A DNA stretch of 64,000 bases from an uncultured virus (IMG/VR IMGVR_UViG_3300021197_001546) (lineage: Duplodnaviria > Heunggongvirae > Uroviricota > Caudoviricetes). The notes beneath the pieces are model-generated. The model worked only from the letters and a program-made list of their open reading frames with translations, had not been told where the DNA came from and did not search any database. This document shows, piece by piece, positions 26,889 to 36,973 of this stretch. The translations under genes and the position numbers were made by a program. The DNA lies in IMG/VR virus record IMGVR_UViG_3300021197_001546. The stretch is one strand, 5' to 3'. The stretch's first letter is position 1. The number at the start of each line of letters is the position of its first letter.

Positions 26889-29411
26889 TCAACCAAACAA
26901 TGATTCAAGACTTGCCGCGTGCTCATGCTTCCATCCAATTGCATCGAGGATCGTCTTGAGGGGGTCTAGAAAACTCTTTTCGAACTGTAGATCATAATTG
27001 ATATAGGTGTCCAAGTCAAACTCTTTCGGGACATTTGACGGGAAAGATATCACATGATCCCTACCACAAATACCACCAACGGGATTGGGCTTCTTGAGAT
27101 ACAAGAACTTGATTTTTTCGCCTTCCTGAATCAGCGGATATCGTTTGATCAGTCCCATCTTCTTGATGTAGTGGTTGTAGATCAAAGCACCCTTGACCGC
27201 AATCGGCGTAGCGGAAGCGTAAATACTCGCAGGATCTCTCCACTTCTTGAGATTGTTTACACTACGAGGGAATGCAATATTCTCGGGAGGCTGCTGATTG
27301 AACTCAGTCCGCACATTATCAATGAACGAGATAACTGTTTCCTCGTCTTCCTGAAGAACCATACGAATGGCTTCCTTGAGCCAAGTTCGAACAACCTGTG
27401 GCGTAGAAGATCGGGTAGTTTCAATACCCATGATCTTCAGTTTGGGTTGCTCATAGGGAACACCCTCGCTGTTATGAACATTAAGCATGTATCTTTTCTT
27501 GGCAGTCCACACACCGCTGTCTGCAATAACTTCTCGCTCCATCACCATCTTGTTTTCATACGAACTCATCATGACTGCAAGATCATCGTACTGCTTCTTG
27601 ATGAAAGGTAGAATGATCTTCTCGGATGCCTTGTCCAGATAGTCTACAATTTCTTTCGTAGATTTACCCGAACAAGTCTTGTCAACAAGATTCCCAAGGC
27701 GAAGGTATATAGAATCGGTATCAGAGGCCACCACATAGTCATAGTCATCAGTCTCCAGTGTTGTGTTCAAAAATTCATTCAGTTTATCGGCGATCCATCG
27801 AATGCTCAACTGACCAGATAGAGTAATTGCTTCCGCCATCCGCGTATCAAAATATCGAAACCACTCATTACCAATTGCACCATAAGCACTGTTCAACTGA
27901 ATCTTGCGAACCAACTGAAAGTTATTGTACTTGGCAATATCAAAGTCGAGTTCCGTGTTACTGGGATCCTTTTGCTTTTCTATCTGTGCTTGGATCATCA
28001 ACTTCTTATAGTGCTTACGTTCTTGGTACATCTTGTCCATGAGAGCGGGCAAGAAACCGCGAACGTCCTTACGATAACATGTACCATTTGCGGCAACAGC
28101 GTTACCAGACGACAACAGAGATTGCAATTTTGACTTACACTCACCAGTCAAAATCCCATCTACATTAACACCAAAACGACTAGACTCGTCCATATCAATC
28201 AATGTTTCAGGACTGATATTGTACTGCATGATCAAGTGGGGGTACAGACTGTTCAAGTCAAACGAAACAATCCAATCATGCTTACCAGCGATTGGTTCCT
28301 TAACATATGCACCAGCAAACTGAGCATCCTTCTTGACGTAGTTCTTTGAAGGAATCACAATCTTCTGCTTCTTGAGATAATGATAAATGATCTGATCCCA
28401 AGTCTTCACCTGAGAAAAGATGTCCATCAAATTCACCTTGGCAGAGTACGCAAGGGTGGTAGCCAGTTCGAGCAGTTTAAGTTTGTCTTCGAGTTTCCGA
28501 ACAAGATCAACATCACGAACATTGTATTCCATGAAACGATTGAAGTCGCCCTTGTAGAAGTCAACGATATTATCAAACTCACCGTAGTCCAGTTTACGCT
28601 CACCCAATTCAACAAAGGCGATATGATCTAGTTTGTATGATTCCTGATTGACGTAAGTAAACGTCTGATAGAGTTCATAGTAGTCAAGTGTAGCAACACC
28701 CAGAATTTCATAGACTAGATGCTCACGATTCATTCGGTGAACATACTTGTCACGGATCTCTTTCCAAGGAGAAAGTAACTTGTATTCGCCCTCAACAAAA
28801 AGTTTCTTCATTCGACTGACAAGATAAGGAATATCGAAGAATCGAATGTTCCAACCAGTAACGATGTCGGGACGTTCTTGATCCCATAGGGCAAGGAACG
28901 CAAGAAGCATCTCTCGCTCGTCGTCATACTCCCAACACTTTGCACCTTCTACACGGAAAGAACCGACCCCGAAAGAATGAACATCACCACCACCGAAGTC
29001 CACAGTGACGGCGATGATCTTCTCTTTCGGATTGTCGATCTGCGGAAACCCATCCTCAGCGGTGGTTTCAATATCAATGTTCGCCACTTTGAGAAGGTTA
29101 AAATCAAAGTCCACCTCATCGGGGAACTGGTCCCCAATGAAGTGGAAAACAGGGTCCGTCACGCCATGAATTTCAAATCCAGAAACATCACGATACTTCT
29201 CAAGAAACTTCTTGGTCTCGTAAAAGTTTCCAGCCACAAAAGGCTCGACGGGTTCTCCTGATAATGTAGTCCATTCCGAAGTTTTTTGCGTTGGCAAAAA
29301 GATTGTAGGTTTATAGGGGATCTTAATAGTTACGGGTTGTCCGTTTTCAAAGCCTCGATATAGAATCTTGGAGCCTTTTACGGCAACATTCGTATAGAAA
29401 GATCGGATCAT
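26889..29411 (-). CDS. gp43: Family B DNA polymerase
   Basis: DIET exonuclease motif, SFDLNSLYP, KIQLNSAYG and ASDTDS; uninterrupted. Confidence 0.97.
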   Translation of the reverse strand: MIRSFYTNVAVKGSKILYRGFENGQPVTIKIPYKPTIFLPTQKTSEWTTLSGEPVEPFVAGNFYETKKFLEKYRDVSGFEIHGVTDPVFHFIGDQFPDEVDFDFNLLKVANIDIETTAEDGFPQIDNPKEKIIAVTVDFGGGDVHSFGVGSFRVEGAKCWEYDDEREMLLAFLALWDQERPDIVTGWNIRFFDIPYLVSRMKKLFVEGEYKLLSPWKEIRDKYVHRMNREHLVYEILGVATLDYYELYQTFTYVNQESYKLDHIAFVELGERKLDYGEFDNIVDFYKGDFNRFMEYNVRDVDLVRKLEDKLKLLELATTLAYSAKVNLMDIFSQVKTWDQIIYHYLKKQKIVIPSKNYVKKDAQFAGAYVKEPIAGKHDWIVSFDLNSLYPHLIMQYNISPETLIDMDESSRFGVNVDGILTGECKSKLQSLLSSGNAVAANGTCYRKDVRGFLPALMDKMYQERKHYKKLMIQAQIEKQKDPSNTELDFDIAKYNNFQLVRKIQLNSAYGAIGNEWFRYFDTRMAEAITLSGQLSIRWIADKLNEFLNTTLETDDYDYVVASDTDSIYLRLGNLVDKTCSGKSTKEIVDYLDKASEKIILPFIKKQYDDLAVMMSSYENKMVMEREVIADSGVWTAKKRYMLNVHNSEGVPYEQPKLKIMGIETTRSSTPQVVRTWLKEAIRMVLQEDEETVISFIDNVRTEFNQQPPENIAFPRSVNNLKKWRDPASIYASATPIAVKGALIYNHYIKKMGLIKRYPLIQEGEKIKFLYLKKPNPVGGICGRDHVISFPSNVPKEFDLDTYINYDLQFEKSFLDPLKTILDAIGWKHEHAASLESLFG

Positions 29412-29749
29412 TCACTGTCCTTGTCGTGGATGTAAGCAGAAAGTAGAACCATGTAATTGATTACGTCCACTATTGTATCAGAAAAACTCTCGTCTTCAAC
29501 ATGCATCTTACCAGAATCTATAAAAGAAGAAAGTCGGCTCATCTTGTCGGTGATGCGGGTCATGAAGCCTTGCTCGGTGGTACAAATGCCCATGGCTTCA
29601 ACTCGCGTAAAATTGGCAAAAGGTTCTTTGCCATCTTTGCCTGCATAGTCCCGATTCTTCAGATTCATTAAGTCTCGGGCAGATTGACAAATGTCAACAT
29701 GATATTTCAATAGTTCATCGCGGTTCATACTATACTCCTGTTGATCCAA
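29408..29749 (-). CDS. All-alpha nucleotide-modification-associated (Nmad1/DUF1599-like) protein
   Basis: KNRDYA...PFANF...RITDKMSRL...DTIVDVINY; lies between dut and gp43. Confidence 0.7.
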   Translation of the reverse strand: MDQQEYSMNRDELLKYHVDICQSARDLMNLKNRDYAGKDGKEPFANFTRVEAMGICTTEQGFMTRITDKMSRLSSFIDSGKMHVEDESFSDTIVDVINYMVLLSAYIHDKDSE

Positions 29750-30299
29750 ATCCGCCTTGACGGTCTGTTTTATTTTTCTTGGGGGTTGCTTGTGTGTAAG
29801 TGATGTGACTTATTCTTCGGTATGACTGAATCATTTCAATCTGTGCAATACGATCACCATGTTCAATTTTGAACGGGATATTTGTCGTGTTGTACAGAGG
29901 AACAAATACTTCATGACAATAATCAGAATCAATCACCCCCTCTGCATTGATCAATGTGATTCCGTTCTTCCAGGCAGAACCTGATCGGGGGTGGAGTCTG
30001 GCAGAAAACTCAACGGGAAGGTCCAGAACCATACCAGTAGGAATCAATGCTCGGCATTTTGGACCGAGTTCAAAAGTGCAGTTAGGGACATCACTATCGA
30101 ACACGATATCTGGCAGAGTTTCGTGTAGTTGATTATAACAGTCAAACCACTTGACGGTTCTCACAACTGCTGGTTTATCTTCTGGTGGAACGGGGGCACG
30201 CAAGTGAGCATGAATATCGTAACATGCTGCATTGTAAGTTCCTCGCTTGAGGTCAAGCGTATTGGGGTACAACTTATAAATCTTCATAGTCTCGGACAT
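29730..30299 (-). CDS. dut: Trimeric dUTPase
   Basis: AACYD, PRSG, GVIDSDY, GDRIAQ and RQGGFGSTG. Confidence 0.93.
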   Translation of the reverse strand: MSETMKIYKLYPNTLDLKRGTYNAACYDIHAHLRAPVPPEDKPAVVRTVKWFDCYNQLHETLPDIVFDSDVPNCTFELGPKCRALIPTGMVLDLPVEFSARLHPRSGSAWKNGITLINAEGVIDSDYCHEVFVPLYNTTNIPFKIEHGDRIAQIEMIQSYRRISHITYTQATPKKNKTDRQGGFGSTGV

Positions 30300-30329
30300 A
30301 GGTATAGAATCTCCACATGGTTTGTATGA

Positions 30330-30357
30330 ATTATAGCGTACGAACTTGAATTGTCAA
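30330..30357 (-). promoter_or_regulatory. sigma70-like promoter TTGACA-N16-TATAAT driving dut-gp43-uvsX-gp41-gp61
   Basis: Perfect hexamers on the minus strand with a 16-bp spacer. Confidence 0.85.
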
Positions 30358-31581
30358 TCAGAAAGAGCGAGAAATCTCAGATGGGTTTTGAATGCGAATC
30401 ATCGAGTTTCTGGAAGAGAAATCAGATCCAGAGGCGCCGCCGACAGTCTGGAAAAATTGAGAAGCATAACCAAAAGCATTAGAATTTCTAATAGTAAAAT
30501 CTTTGTTGGCAGAATCTACAAAAGGATCTTCTGCTAAAGTTGTAATATTAGTTTCGGACGCACAATTGGTGGTACTACTTGTACAGTTATGATAAAAGTT
30601 ATCGACGAAAAATATCTCTTCTTGATGTGCGATAGTCTCAGTACCGTCTGGTGAATTAATTTTAGCCTCTACAAATATACCGTTAGTACAATTAGAAAGA
30701 ATGTTTCCTACGACAAAATATGACGCCCTATTATCAGTTCCACTTGCTTCAAAATATACACCATTCAGAGCACCGTGTATGATGTTATTCATGACATCAT
30801 TTCGGCCCTGATATGTAGAATCCGTATGGTGGATGCCATTTCCATTGCTATATCCGTTTCCATCAACATTCAGATTGACGTTAATAATGCAGTTGTCAAC
30901 ACCACTGTCAGTAGAAGATCTTTTAAACGAAATTCCGTGCTGACCATTTCTCGCCTCAATGTAACAATCTGATATTGCTCGGTTGTTACCAGCGGACATT
31001 CTAACAACACCGTTATCATCCGAAGGTGAGTTGGTAGAATAGTTTCCTATCATTTCACATCTAATAGCATGTCCGCCTGGGTTTTCCAACGCAGCACCCC
31101 ATGTACCAGTATTTGTGTGTTCGAATCTGCAATTTTCAACTCTCACACCATTACGGATTCTAACCATACCTGCGCCAGTGTATGTTCCCGTAAAACTAAA
31201 ATTTTTGATTCGAGTGAATCCTCTGTCTTCTCTGTAGGTCAAACCCGACAGGTTAAAATCCACCCTCTGGTTATCATCGACGGTATTATGATAACCTATG
31301 ATTTCTATGTAACCATTCGGAGTACCACCATTATCAAATCGAGTCGGTGTATGTGCTGAGGTATCACTCGTTACAGTGGAACCACTTATACTTACTGAAG
31401 AAGATCCTTGTTTCACATACAGAGTATCACCCGCTTGCAATGTAGCGATTACATTTTTAAAGGTACTGCTGTCACTAGAACCATCAGGTAATGTAACAGT
31501 AGTAGATCCGTCAAAAGCATTCGCTTCAGAAGAACCATCTGAATTACCCGTCGCATCGCCATGGAAGTAATATACAGCCAT
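30358..31581 (-). CDS. Right-handed beta-helix protein (tailspike/pectin-lyase-like)
   Basis: GNSDGSSEANAF, AGDTLYV, repeated xNCxI/NNII coils, and DPFVD..NKDF. Confidence 0.65.
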   Translation of the reverse strand: MAVYYFHGDATGNSDGSSEANAFDGSTTVTLPDGSSDSSTFKNVIATLQAGDTLYVKQGSSSVSISGSTVTSDTSAHTPTRFDNGGTPNGYIEIIGYHNTVDDNQRVDFNLSGLTYREDRGFTRIKNFSFTGTYTGAGMVRIRNGVRVENCRFEHTNTGTWGAALENPGGHAIRCEMIGNYSTNSPSDDNGVVRMSAGNNRAISDCYIEARNGQHGISFKRSSTDSGVDNCIINVNLNVDGNGYSNGNGIHHTDSTYQGRNDVMNNIIHGALNGVYFEASGTDNRASYFVVGNILSNCTNGIFVEAKINSPDGTETIAHQEEIFFVDNFYHNCTSSTTNCASETNITTLAEDPFVDSANKDFTIRNSNAFGYASQFFQTVGGASGSDFSSRNSMIRIQNPSEISRSF

Positions 31582-31583
31582 TA

Positions 31584-31907
31584 TTATTCCGATGAAGAAG
31601 AGTTATAAAATAACGGTCGGACACAAGGTTTTGCGATAACTGCTGTCGCTGTTGTGTCAATATCTCCAAGAAGAGCACTGAACACAGCAGCGACTGCATT
31701 GATGTCTGCACCAGTCAAACGACTAACACCCTCTGCATCTCTACCGTCTACTACGGGCGAAGTATCGTTTGGGAAATCGCTGCTTAGTTGTGCCCACTTA
31801 AGTGCAAAATCATCTCCCCGTGCTTTCATGTAGCGAATGTTTTCGCACATGGGTCTAATATATTCGTTTACGAACTTGATCGCCTCTGCGTCTGTAATGT
31901 CTGCCAT
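31584..31907 (-). CDS. Hypothetical protein (fibre-associated)
   Basis: 107-aa ORF with an AAGGA RBS between two fibre-type genes. Confidence 0.65.
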   Translation of the reverse strand: MADITDAEAIKFVNEYIRPMCENIRYMKARGDDFALKWAQLSSDFPNDTSPVVDGRDAEGVSRLTGADINAVAAVFSALLGDIDTTATAVIAKPCVRPLFYNSSSSE

Positions 31908-31920
31908 TATTGTATCCTTA

Positions 31921-33765
31921 TCATGTTGGTATTACTGTCATGAAGATCTGTAGTTTATTTATATCACCAGAGTTTCCTGTGATCACGGGATAAATCCACT
32001 CTCCCGCACCAATAGTAGAACCAGAAGTATTCGATACATTTGCCAATGTTCTGAAATTAATCCCCCCACCAATACCATCAAAGGTAAATCCCGTTTGATC
32101 AGCGGATGCAGTTGCACCTATCTCTAGGGTTGTACCAGAAACTACACTAGAAAGTGTAGATGCTTTCTTTATAGAGAATGCTATGGTTTTATCTGTTCCT
32201 GATACGCCATCCTGAATATATGCAGCAGTACTAAGAACAGAAGATCCATAAGGAACTTGCTTGAGTGCATCAAGTTTTTCTCCTGTTGTCAGTGGAGCAC
32301 CACTACCATCAAGTATAAATCCTATACTCTGTGTTATTCCTCCACCACCAGCAGAAGCGGCAGTTGACTGGAAAGTTCCATCAGGGAAGGTGATACCAGC
32401 GGCATCCATAGAAATCCCTGCCTGGGCATTAATTACGGAGTATCCACGCAATTCACCGTAAACATATAAGTCTTTCGGACTGCTATTTGAACCAATGTAA
32501 GTTCTGGTTCCATCCGCTTTGAACATCCTAGCGTTGTTCTGATATACCTCAAACTTGTTTGGACCAAAATTAACGAAGTCATCGACATCAGTTGAACTTA
32601 CGAGTCTCTCGCTAACACCACCAATATTCATACCACCCACGGTAATACCACCATCACTTGAAACACCAGCGACATGAACTATGGCGGTTGGATCAATACC
32701 TAGAGTAGATCCAGCGAGTGTCATGCCTGCGCCAGCAGTTATAGTGGATCCAGTAGGAGCAGTCGATTGGAAGGTTCCATCGGGGAAGGTAATACCACCA
32801 GCATCAAGAGAGATACCTTTTTCTGCAACCAAAACTTGAGTTGCAGTATGTTTAGTTGGAGTTACCTTAAACGCACCACTTGATGATTGCGTTCCCATGA
32901 TATGCACTTCACCATTTTTTAAGTGGACCTGTGATCCACTTGTTGACTTAACTCTTGCACTATTGGATGTTGCGATGTCACCACCAGTAGTAATACCACC
33001 ATCACTAGAGATACCAGCGACATGAACCACGGCGGTTGGATCGATACCTAGAGTAGATCCAGCGAGTGTCATACCTGCACCAGCAGTTATAGTAGATCCA
33101 CTAGCGGCACTTGATTGGAAGGTTCCATCAGGGAAGGTAATACCACCAGCATCAAGAGAGATACCAGTTCCAACATGAACATATGTTCCTGCTTCGACGA
33201 ATGTGTTTGCTTTTATCCTACCATTTTCGGCATGAATTCCATTAGAATCAATTCTTGCTCTAGGATCGTTATTTCCAGTATAAACTGAGAAGATACTGTC
33301 ATTAGTCTCAAATCCATATCTGGAGTTTACATTATCCTCAGACTGAACTACATCTGCAACGAGTCTCCCCGCTGTCTTGATGTTACCAGATGCAGTAATA
33401 CCACCATCAGCAGAAATACCAGCGACATGGATAGTTGCAGTTGGATCAATACCTATAGTGTGACCAACATCAGCGACGATTGCTGACAACGTCATACCAG
33501 AACCAGCGGCAAGGGTAGTACCACTACCGACTGGCACAGTGACTGCACCAGTTTGTCCGTTGACACTAATCACGAACTTTTCGGTTGTAGAACCAGCGAC
33601 GGTCCAAACATTTCCAGTGGTAGTTCCGCTAGTTTGCTCACGGAAAAACATTTTTCCAGAAGACGCATTGACAGCAACTTCACCGAACGACATGGCGGTA
33701 TGGCCAGGAACGGATGAAGTAGTGTCACTTCTCTTTAAGAGTATTTCGTTAGGACCCGTAGACAT
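31921..33765 (-). CDS. Tail-fibre-like Gly/Ser/Thr-rich repeat protein
   Basis: N-terminal ILLKRS...P......GEVAVN...GKMFF fibre-attachment motif, internal repeats, and an upstream TAAATA box. Confidence 0.75.
   Translation of the reverse strand: MSTGPNEILLKRSDTTSSVPGHTAMSFGEVAVNASSGKMFFREQTSGTTTGNVWTVAGSTTEKFVISVNGQTGAVTVPVGSGTTLAAGSGMTLSAIVADVGHTIGIDPTATIHVAGISADGGITASGNIKTAGRLVADVVQSEDNVNSRYGFETNDSIFSVYTGNNDPRARIDSNGIHAENGRIKANTFVEAGTYVHVGTGISLDAGGITFPDGTFQSSAASGSTITAGAGMTLAGSTLGIDPTAVVHVAGISSDGGITTGGDIATSNSARVKSTSGSQVHLKNGEVHIMGTQSSSGAFKVTPTKHTATQVLVAEKGISLDAGGITFPDGTFQSTAPTGSTITAGAGMTLAGSTLGIDPTAIVHVAGVSSDGGITVGGMNIGGVSERLVSSTDVDDFVNFGPNKFEVYQNNARMFKADGTRTYIGSNSSPKDLYVYGELRGYSVINAQAGISMDAAGITFPDGTFQSTAASAGGGGITQSIGFILDGSGAPLTTGEKLDALKQVPYGSSVLSTAAYIQDGVSGTDKTIAFSIKKASTLSSVVSGTTLEIGATASADQTGFTFDGIGGGINFRTLANVSNTSGSTIGAGEWIYPVITGNSGDINKLQIFMTVIPT
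32642..33165. repeat. 176-bp near-identical direct repeat (32642-32817 and 32990-33165) with partial copies near 32365-32418 and 33396-33455
   Basis: Encodes GISLDAGGITFPDGTFQS...TITAGAGMTLAGSTLGIDPTA.VHVAG.SSDGGIT. Confidence 0.85.
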
Positions 33766-33790
33766 AGATTCTCCTCAGTTTATACTCTAT

Positions 33791-35074
33791 TTATCGTTTC
33801 GCCTTCTGTCGTTTTTTCTTCATTTGTCTTTGCTTTTCTCGTCTCTTTTCGAGAATCTTTTTCTTCTTTTGATTATCATTCTCTACCGCAGCAGCATACT
33901 GTTGTTGTTGCTGATGAATCTGTATCATTTGGTTCTTGTACAATTCGGCATTTTGTTGAATTCGTGGCTTCTCACTATCAGGAACTTTAGGGTTCTTTAG
34001 TAGATCAACACACGCATGATATCCCCTCTCAAAATCCTGATTATAGAAAGCACACGCAGCAAATTCATCCATTGCTTGCCAAGCATAAACATCACCAGAG
34101 ATGAACAAAATATCTCCCTCTGGATACTTAATCTCTGATGCAGTTTTCGCATATAAGTATCCAATTCTGGGTTCGTTTCTTTCCTGTCGATGAATTCTTG
34201 CTAATTGCCAAAGAGGTTCTGCCCTGCTCGGACGTAGAGCATACGCTTGAAGATATAGTTGTGAAGTTTCAGACCAATCCTTCTCGCTGATCGAGGCAAC
34301 AATTGCCATACGGTACGCCGAATACCACTGCTCTTCCTCCCAACCACCCGCTAATACACGAACCTTGTATGCTTCGAACGCTTTATCCCATTGCTGGGAA
34401 TCAAAGTATGACTGAGCAAGGTAAAACATATAGCGATGATTCTCGGGTTCATCCTTGAGTGCTTCAAGTAGAATCTCTGCGTCTCTAGAATACTTCTGAA
34501 TATGATCCTGAGTCTGATTTCTTTCGTAACCCATTGTTCTGGCCACAATGAAGTAATCTCCGTCAACCTTTCGAGTATCCCTACCCTGCTCTGGAGTAAG
34601 ATCGCAGTCAGCATATTCATGAAGGACGCCTGTATATCTCCAATTGATATCAGCACCCGTCTTAAACACCTGATTGCGCCACCACACAAAGTCACCACGC
34701 TGAATACGAAGAACATAGGAGGTAGCATCCATTACCTCAGGCCAAGCGAATCCTTTTTCGCCGATCTCGATGTAGTCATCCGCGTCAATGACCCAAGCGT
34801 ACTCGGCTTTACCGTCACAGTTTCGGAGAGACTCTGTTCGTGAACCCGTCTTTCCATTATGATCACCGAAACCTTTCCAGTCAGACTGGTAGACCTCGCC
34901 AGGAATTTCCTTCTCTTCGAAGAAGTCCTTGATGATTTGCTGGGTGCCGTCAGTAGAACCAGTGTCGGTGATATCGTAGCGATCGATATGCTTATAAACA
35001 GAGTTCAGACATTCGAGAATAATGTCCTTCTCATTCTTCACGATCATACACAATGTAATTTTAGGTAATTCCAT
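33791..35074 (-). CDS. GT2 glycosyltransferase with a C-terminal TPR-like region
   Basis: LCMIVKNE, DTGSTDGT, IDADD and GVLHE; helical YLAQSYFD...AY repeats. Confidence 0.88.
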   Translation of the reverse strand: MELPKITLCMIVKNEKDIILECLNSVYKHIDRYDITDTGSTDGTQQIIKDFFEEKEIPGEVYQSDWKGFGDHNGKTGSRTESLRNCDGKAEYAWVIDADDYIEIGEKGFAWPEVMDATSYVLRIQRGDFVWWRNQVFKTGADINWRYTGVLHEYADCDLTPEQGRDTRKVDGDYFIVARTMGYERNQTQDHIQKYSRDAEILLEALKDEPENHRYMFYLAQSYFDSQQWDKAFEAYKVRVLAGGWEEEQWYSAYRMAIVASISEKDWSETSQLYLQAYALRPSRAEPLWQLARIHRQERNEPRIGYLYAKTASEIKYPEGDILFISGDVYAWQAMDEFAACAFYNQDFERGYHACVDLLKNPKVPDSEKPRIQQNAELYKNQMIQIHQQQQQYAAAVENDNQKKKKILEKRREKQRQMKKKRQKAKR

Positions 35075-35083
35075 TATAATTCC

Positions 35084-35875
35084 TTATATGACATAATCAA
35101 GGACAGACTTCATAGTGTCCATGTTTTCTTTTAGTGGACGAATCATATTACACTCAGTATAAAATCCCGAGTACAATTTATCGATATCAAATTTAAAATT
35201 GGATCTATCAATCCAATGAACTCTATTACTTAGTCCTCGCAACTCATCTCTTCTCAGGTGCTGAATAGGTCCTTTGTATTCGGACAAGAAAACTCGTAAA
35301 ACAGATTCATCGGAAAAAGCAGTAAAAGGTTGATTCATTATATCTTCCTTTTGATCATACACTTTCATACCAACAAGTTCTCTAACAAATTCACCATACG
35401 ATTTATCTTTTGTTCTATAGACGTTTTGAAAAATTTCACCTTCAGCGGTCACTGGAACTAAAGGCGTTTTTCCCTGATCAGGTGTTCCATTATAAACTTC
35501 TGATCCTATCAAACAAACATTACCCTTTTCACGAAGAGACAACAAATCAAACAGATAATTTCTCTGAAGAGGAATCGTATCCATGTCATGAAGGGAACAA
35601 ACGAAACCTCCTTGCGTACCAGCGTGATAAGCCCTTGCAATTTTTCCTTGATTGCTCTGAGGAATACCATCTACCATTTCATATAATGTCACAGAACCGT
35701 ACTCTCTCATATCAGAAATTAGCGGGTCTGACTCTTTTCTTTTAGTAACAAAAGCCAAATCTACTTCAACATCAGGGAAAAACTTATACCAAGCAGAACA
35801 TACGACAGGCCAGAAGTCCAAAAACATGGAACGGTCGTCGCAACTTAAAATCACTTTATCAAAAGGAACTATCAC
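35084..35875 (-). CDS. Putative GT-A-fold glycosyltransferase
   Basis: FLDFWP, DMD (DxD) and SDE motifs; lies in the glycan island. Confidence 0.5.
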   Translation of the reverse strand: MIVPFDKVILSCDDRSMFLDFWPVVCSAWYKFFPDVEVDLAFVTKRKESDPLISDMREYGSVTLYEMVDGIPQSNQGKIARAYHAGTQGGFVCSLHDMDTIPLQRNYLFDLLSLREKGNVCLIGSEVYNGTPDQGKTPLVPVTAEGEIFQNVYRTKDKSYGEFVRELVGMKVYDQKEDIMNQPFTAFSDESVLRVFLSEYKGPIQHLRRDELRGLSNRVHWIDRSNFKFDIDKLYSGFYTECNMIRPLKENMDTMKSVLDYVI

Positions 35876-36420
35876 GATAATACCTCCAGTATTGTTTTTT
35901 TGTTTTGTTCGCTTTGATATATCACCTCTATTGTATCACCAAACTGTTCAAGATCAAGATATTTCTTACCACTTGGGCCCGAAAGGTATTTAGTTGCCCC
36001 ATAGTGCTTGCATATGTCATACAATCTTTCTGTTCTTTTAAGATCTGTTGGGTAGTCCAAAACTATCTCTGTTTGTATTCCAAGCATGAAACATATTTTT
36101 CTTATCAAACACACGTTAGTTTCAACCAAACTATCTGAAATACAATCATCAAATTGATCCAGAACAGATGAGTATTCTTTGAGATTAACTTTGATCTTGT
36201 TCCAGTCTTTGTCTGGAGAAAGATATCTCTTATCAACTATGGGTTCCAATCCTTTATTAACACTCATGGTGTTCCACTTATTATTTAAGTTGAATCTGTT
36301 TTGAAAGTTGTTCTTTTCATACTGACAATTGCACATAATCACAAATATATCCGAGGCATCTATCTTCTGAAAGAAAGGATACCAAGGCATGAAGTTAGGT
36401 TGATGTATTGATACAATCAA
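35872..36420 (-). CDS. wbqC: WbqC-family protein
   Basis: IHQPNFMPW, QYEKNNFQNR and YLSGPSGKKYL. Confidence 0.9.
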   Translation of the reverse strand: MIVSIHQPNFMPWYPFFQKIDASDIFVIMCNCQYEKNNFQNRFNLNNKWNTMSVNKGLEPIVDKRYLSPDKDWNKIKVNLKEYSSVLDQFDDCISDSLVETNVCLIRKICFMLGIQTEIVLDYPTDLKRTERLYDICKHYGATKYLSGPSGKKYLDLEQFGDTIEVIYQSEQNKKTILEVLS

Positions 36421-36965
36421 TCAAACCATTCCTTAAATTCATCTAACGTAAACTCTCTGTGGTGTAGATACCATAGTTTTTGTTTTGGATTATAATCATT
36501 ATACTCCATACACTTCCAACCATCCTCAAACTTAACAAGTTCTATCTGGTGTTCTTTGCAAATTTCCTCGGTGTCATTATTCCATTTATTGAATGGAGGA
36601 ACGAATACTCTTGCCTTTACTAAACTACAACTGGTAAGAATACTCAACTCCTGTGCTTCCTTGGATAGAAGTCTATGATCAACGTGGATCAGTCCGTGTC
36701 CCGCTAGAGTAACGTCCTCTGTTATTTCTGGAACACCACACTTGTCTGCAAAGTAGAATACTCTGGGATCACTGTGTGCATTTAGTATCTTTGGAAAAAT
36801 TCTTTGCTTGTGCTTTCCCTCTTCGTCAGACATGTCATGTACGAGAGGAGAGACGCAAAACAAAATTCTACAGTTATCAAACCTCTCTTTTAAGAACCTA
36901 GCCATTTTATGTGTCGTCTTCATATCTGCGTTTAAACAGATGTCATCGAATCTAAAAGTTTTCAT
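36417..36965 (-). CDS. Polysaccharide deacetylase/deformylase-like (NodB fold) protein
   Basis: FRFDD, HGLIH and FVPPFN motifs. Confidence 0.6.
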   Translation of the reverse strand: MKTFRFDDICLNADMKTTHKMARFLKERFDNCRILFCVSPLVHDMSDEEGKHKQRIFPKILNAHSDPRVFYFADKCGVPEITEDVTLAGHGLIHVDHRLLSKEAQELSILTSCSLVKARVFVPPFNKWNNDTEEICKEHQIELVKFEDGWKCMEYNDYNPKQKLWYLHHREFTLDEFKEWFD

Positions 36966-36973
36966 ACAACATC

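Noticed and set aside
17293..29411. Introns, inteins or homing endonucleases in nrdJ, thyX, gp41 or gp43
   Set aside because: All are continuous ORFs of normal length.
32642..33165. Repeat pair as a diversity-generating retroelement TR/VR
   Set aside because: Both copies lie inside one CDS, the differences are mostly synonymous and not adenine-specific, and there is no reverse transcriptase in the window.
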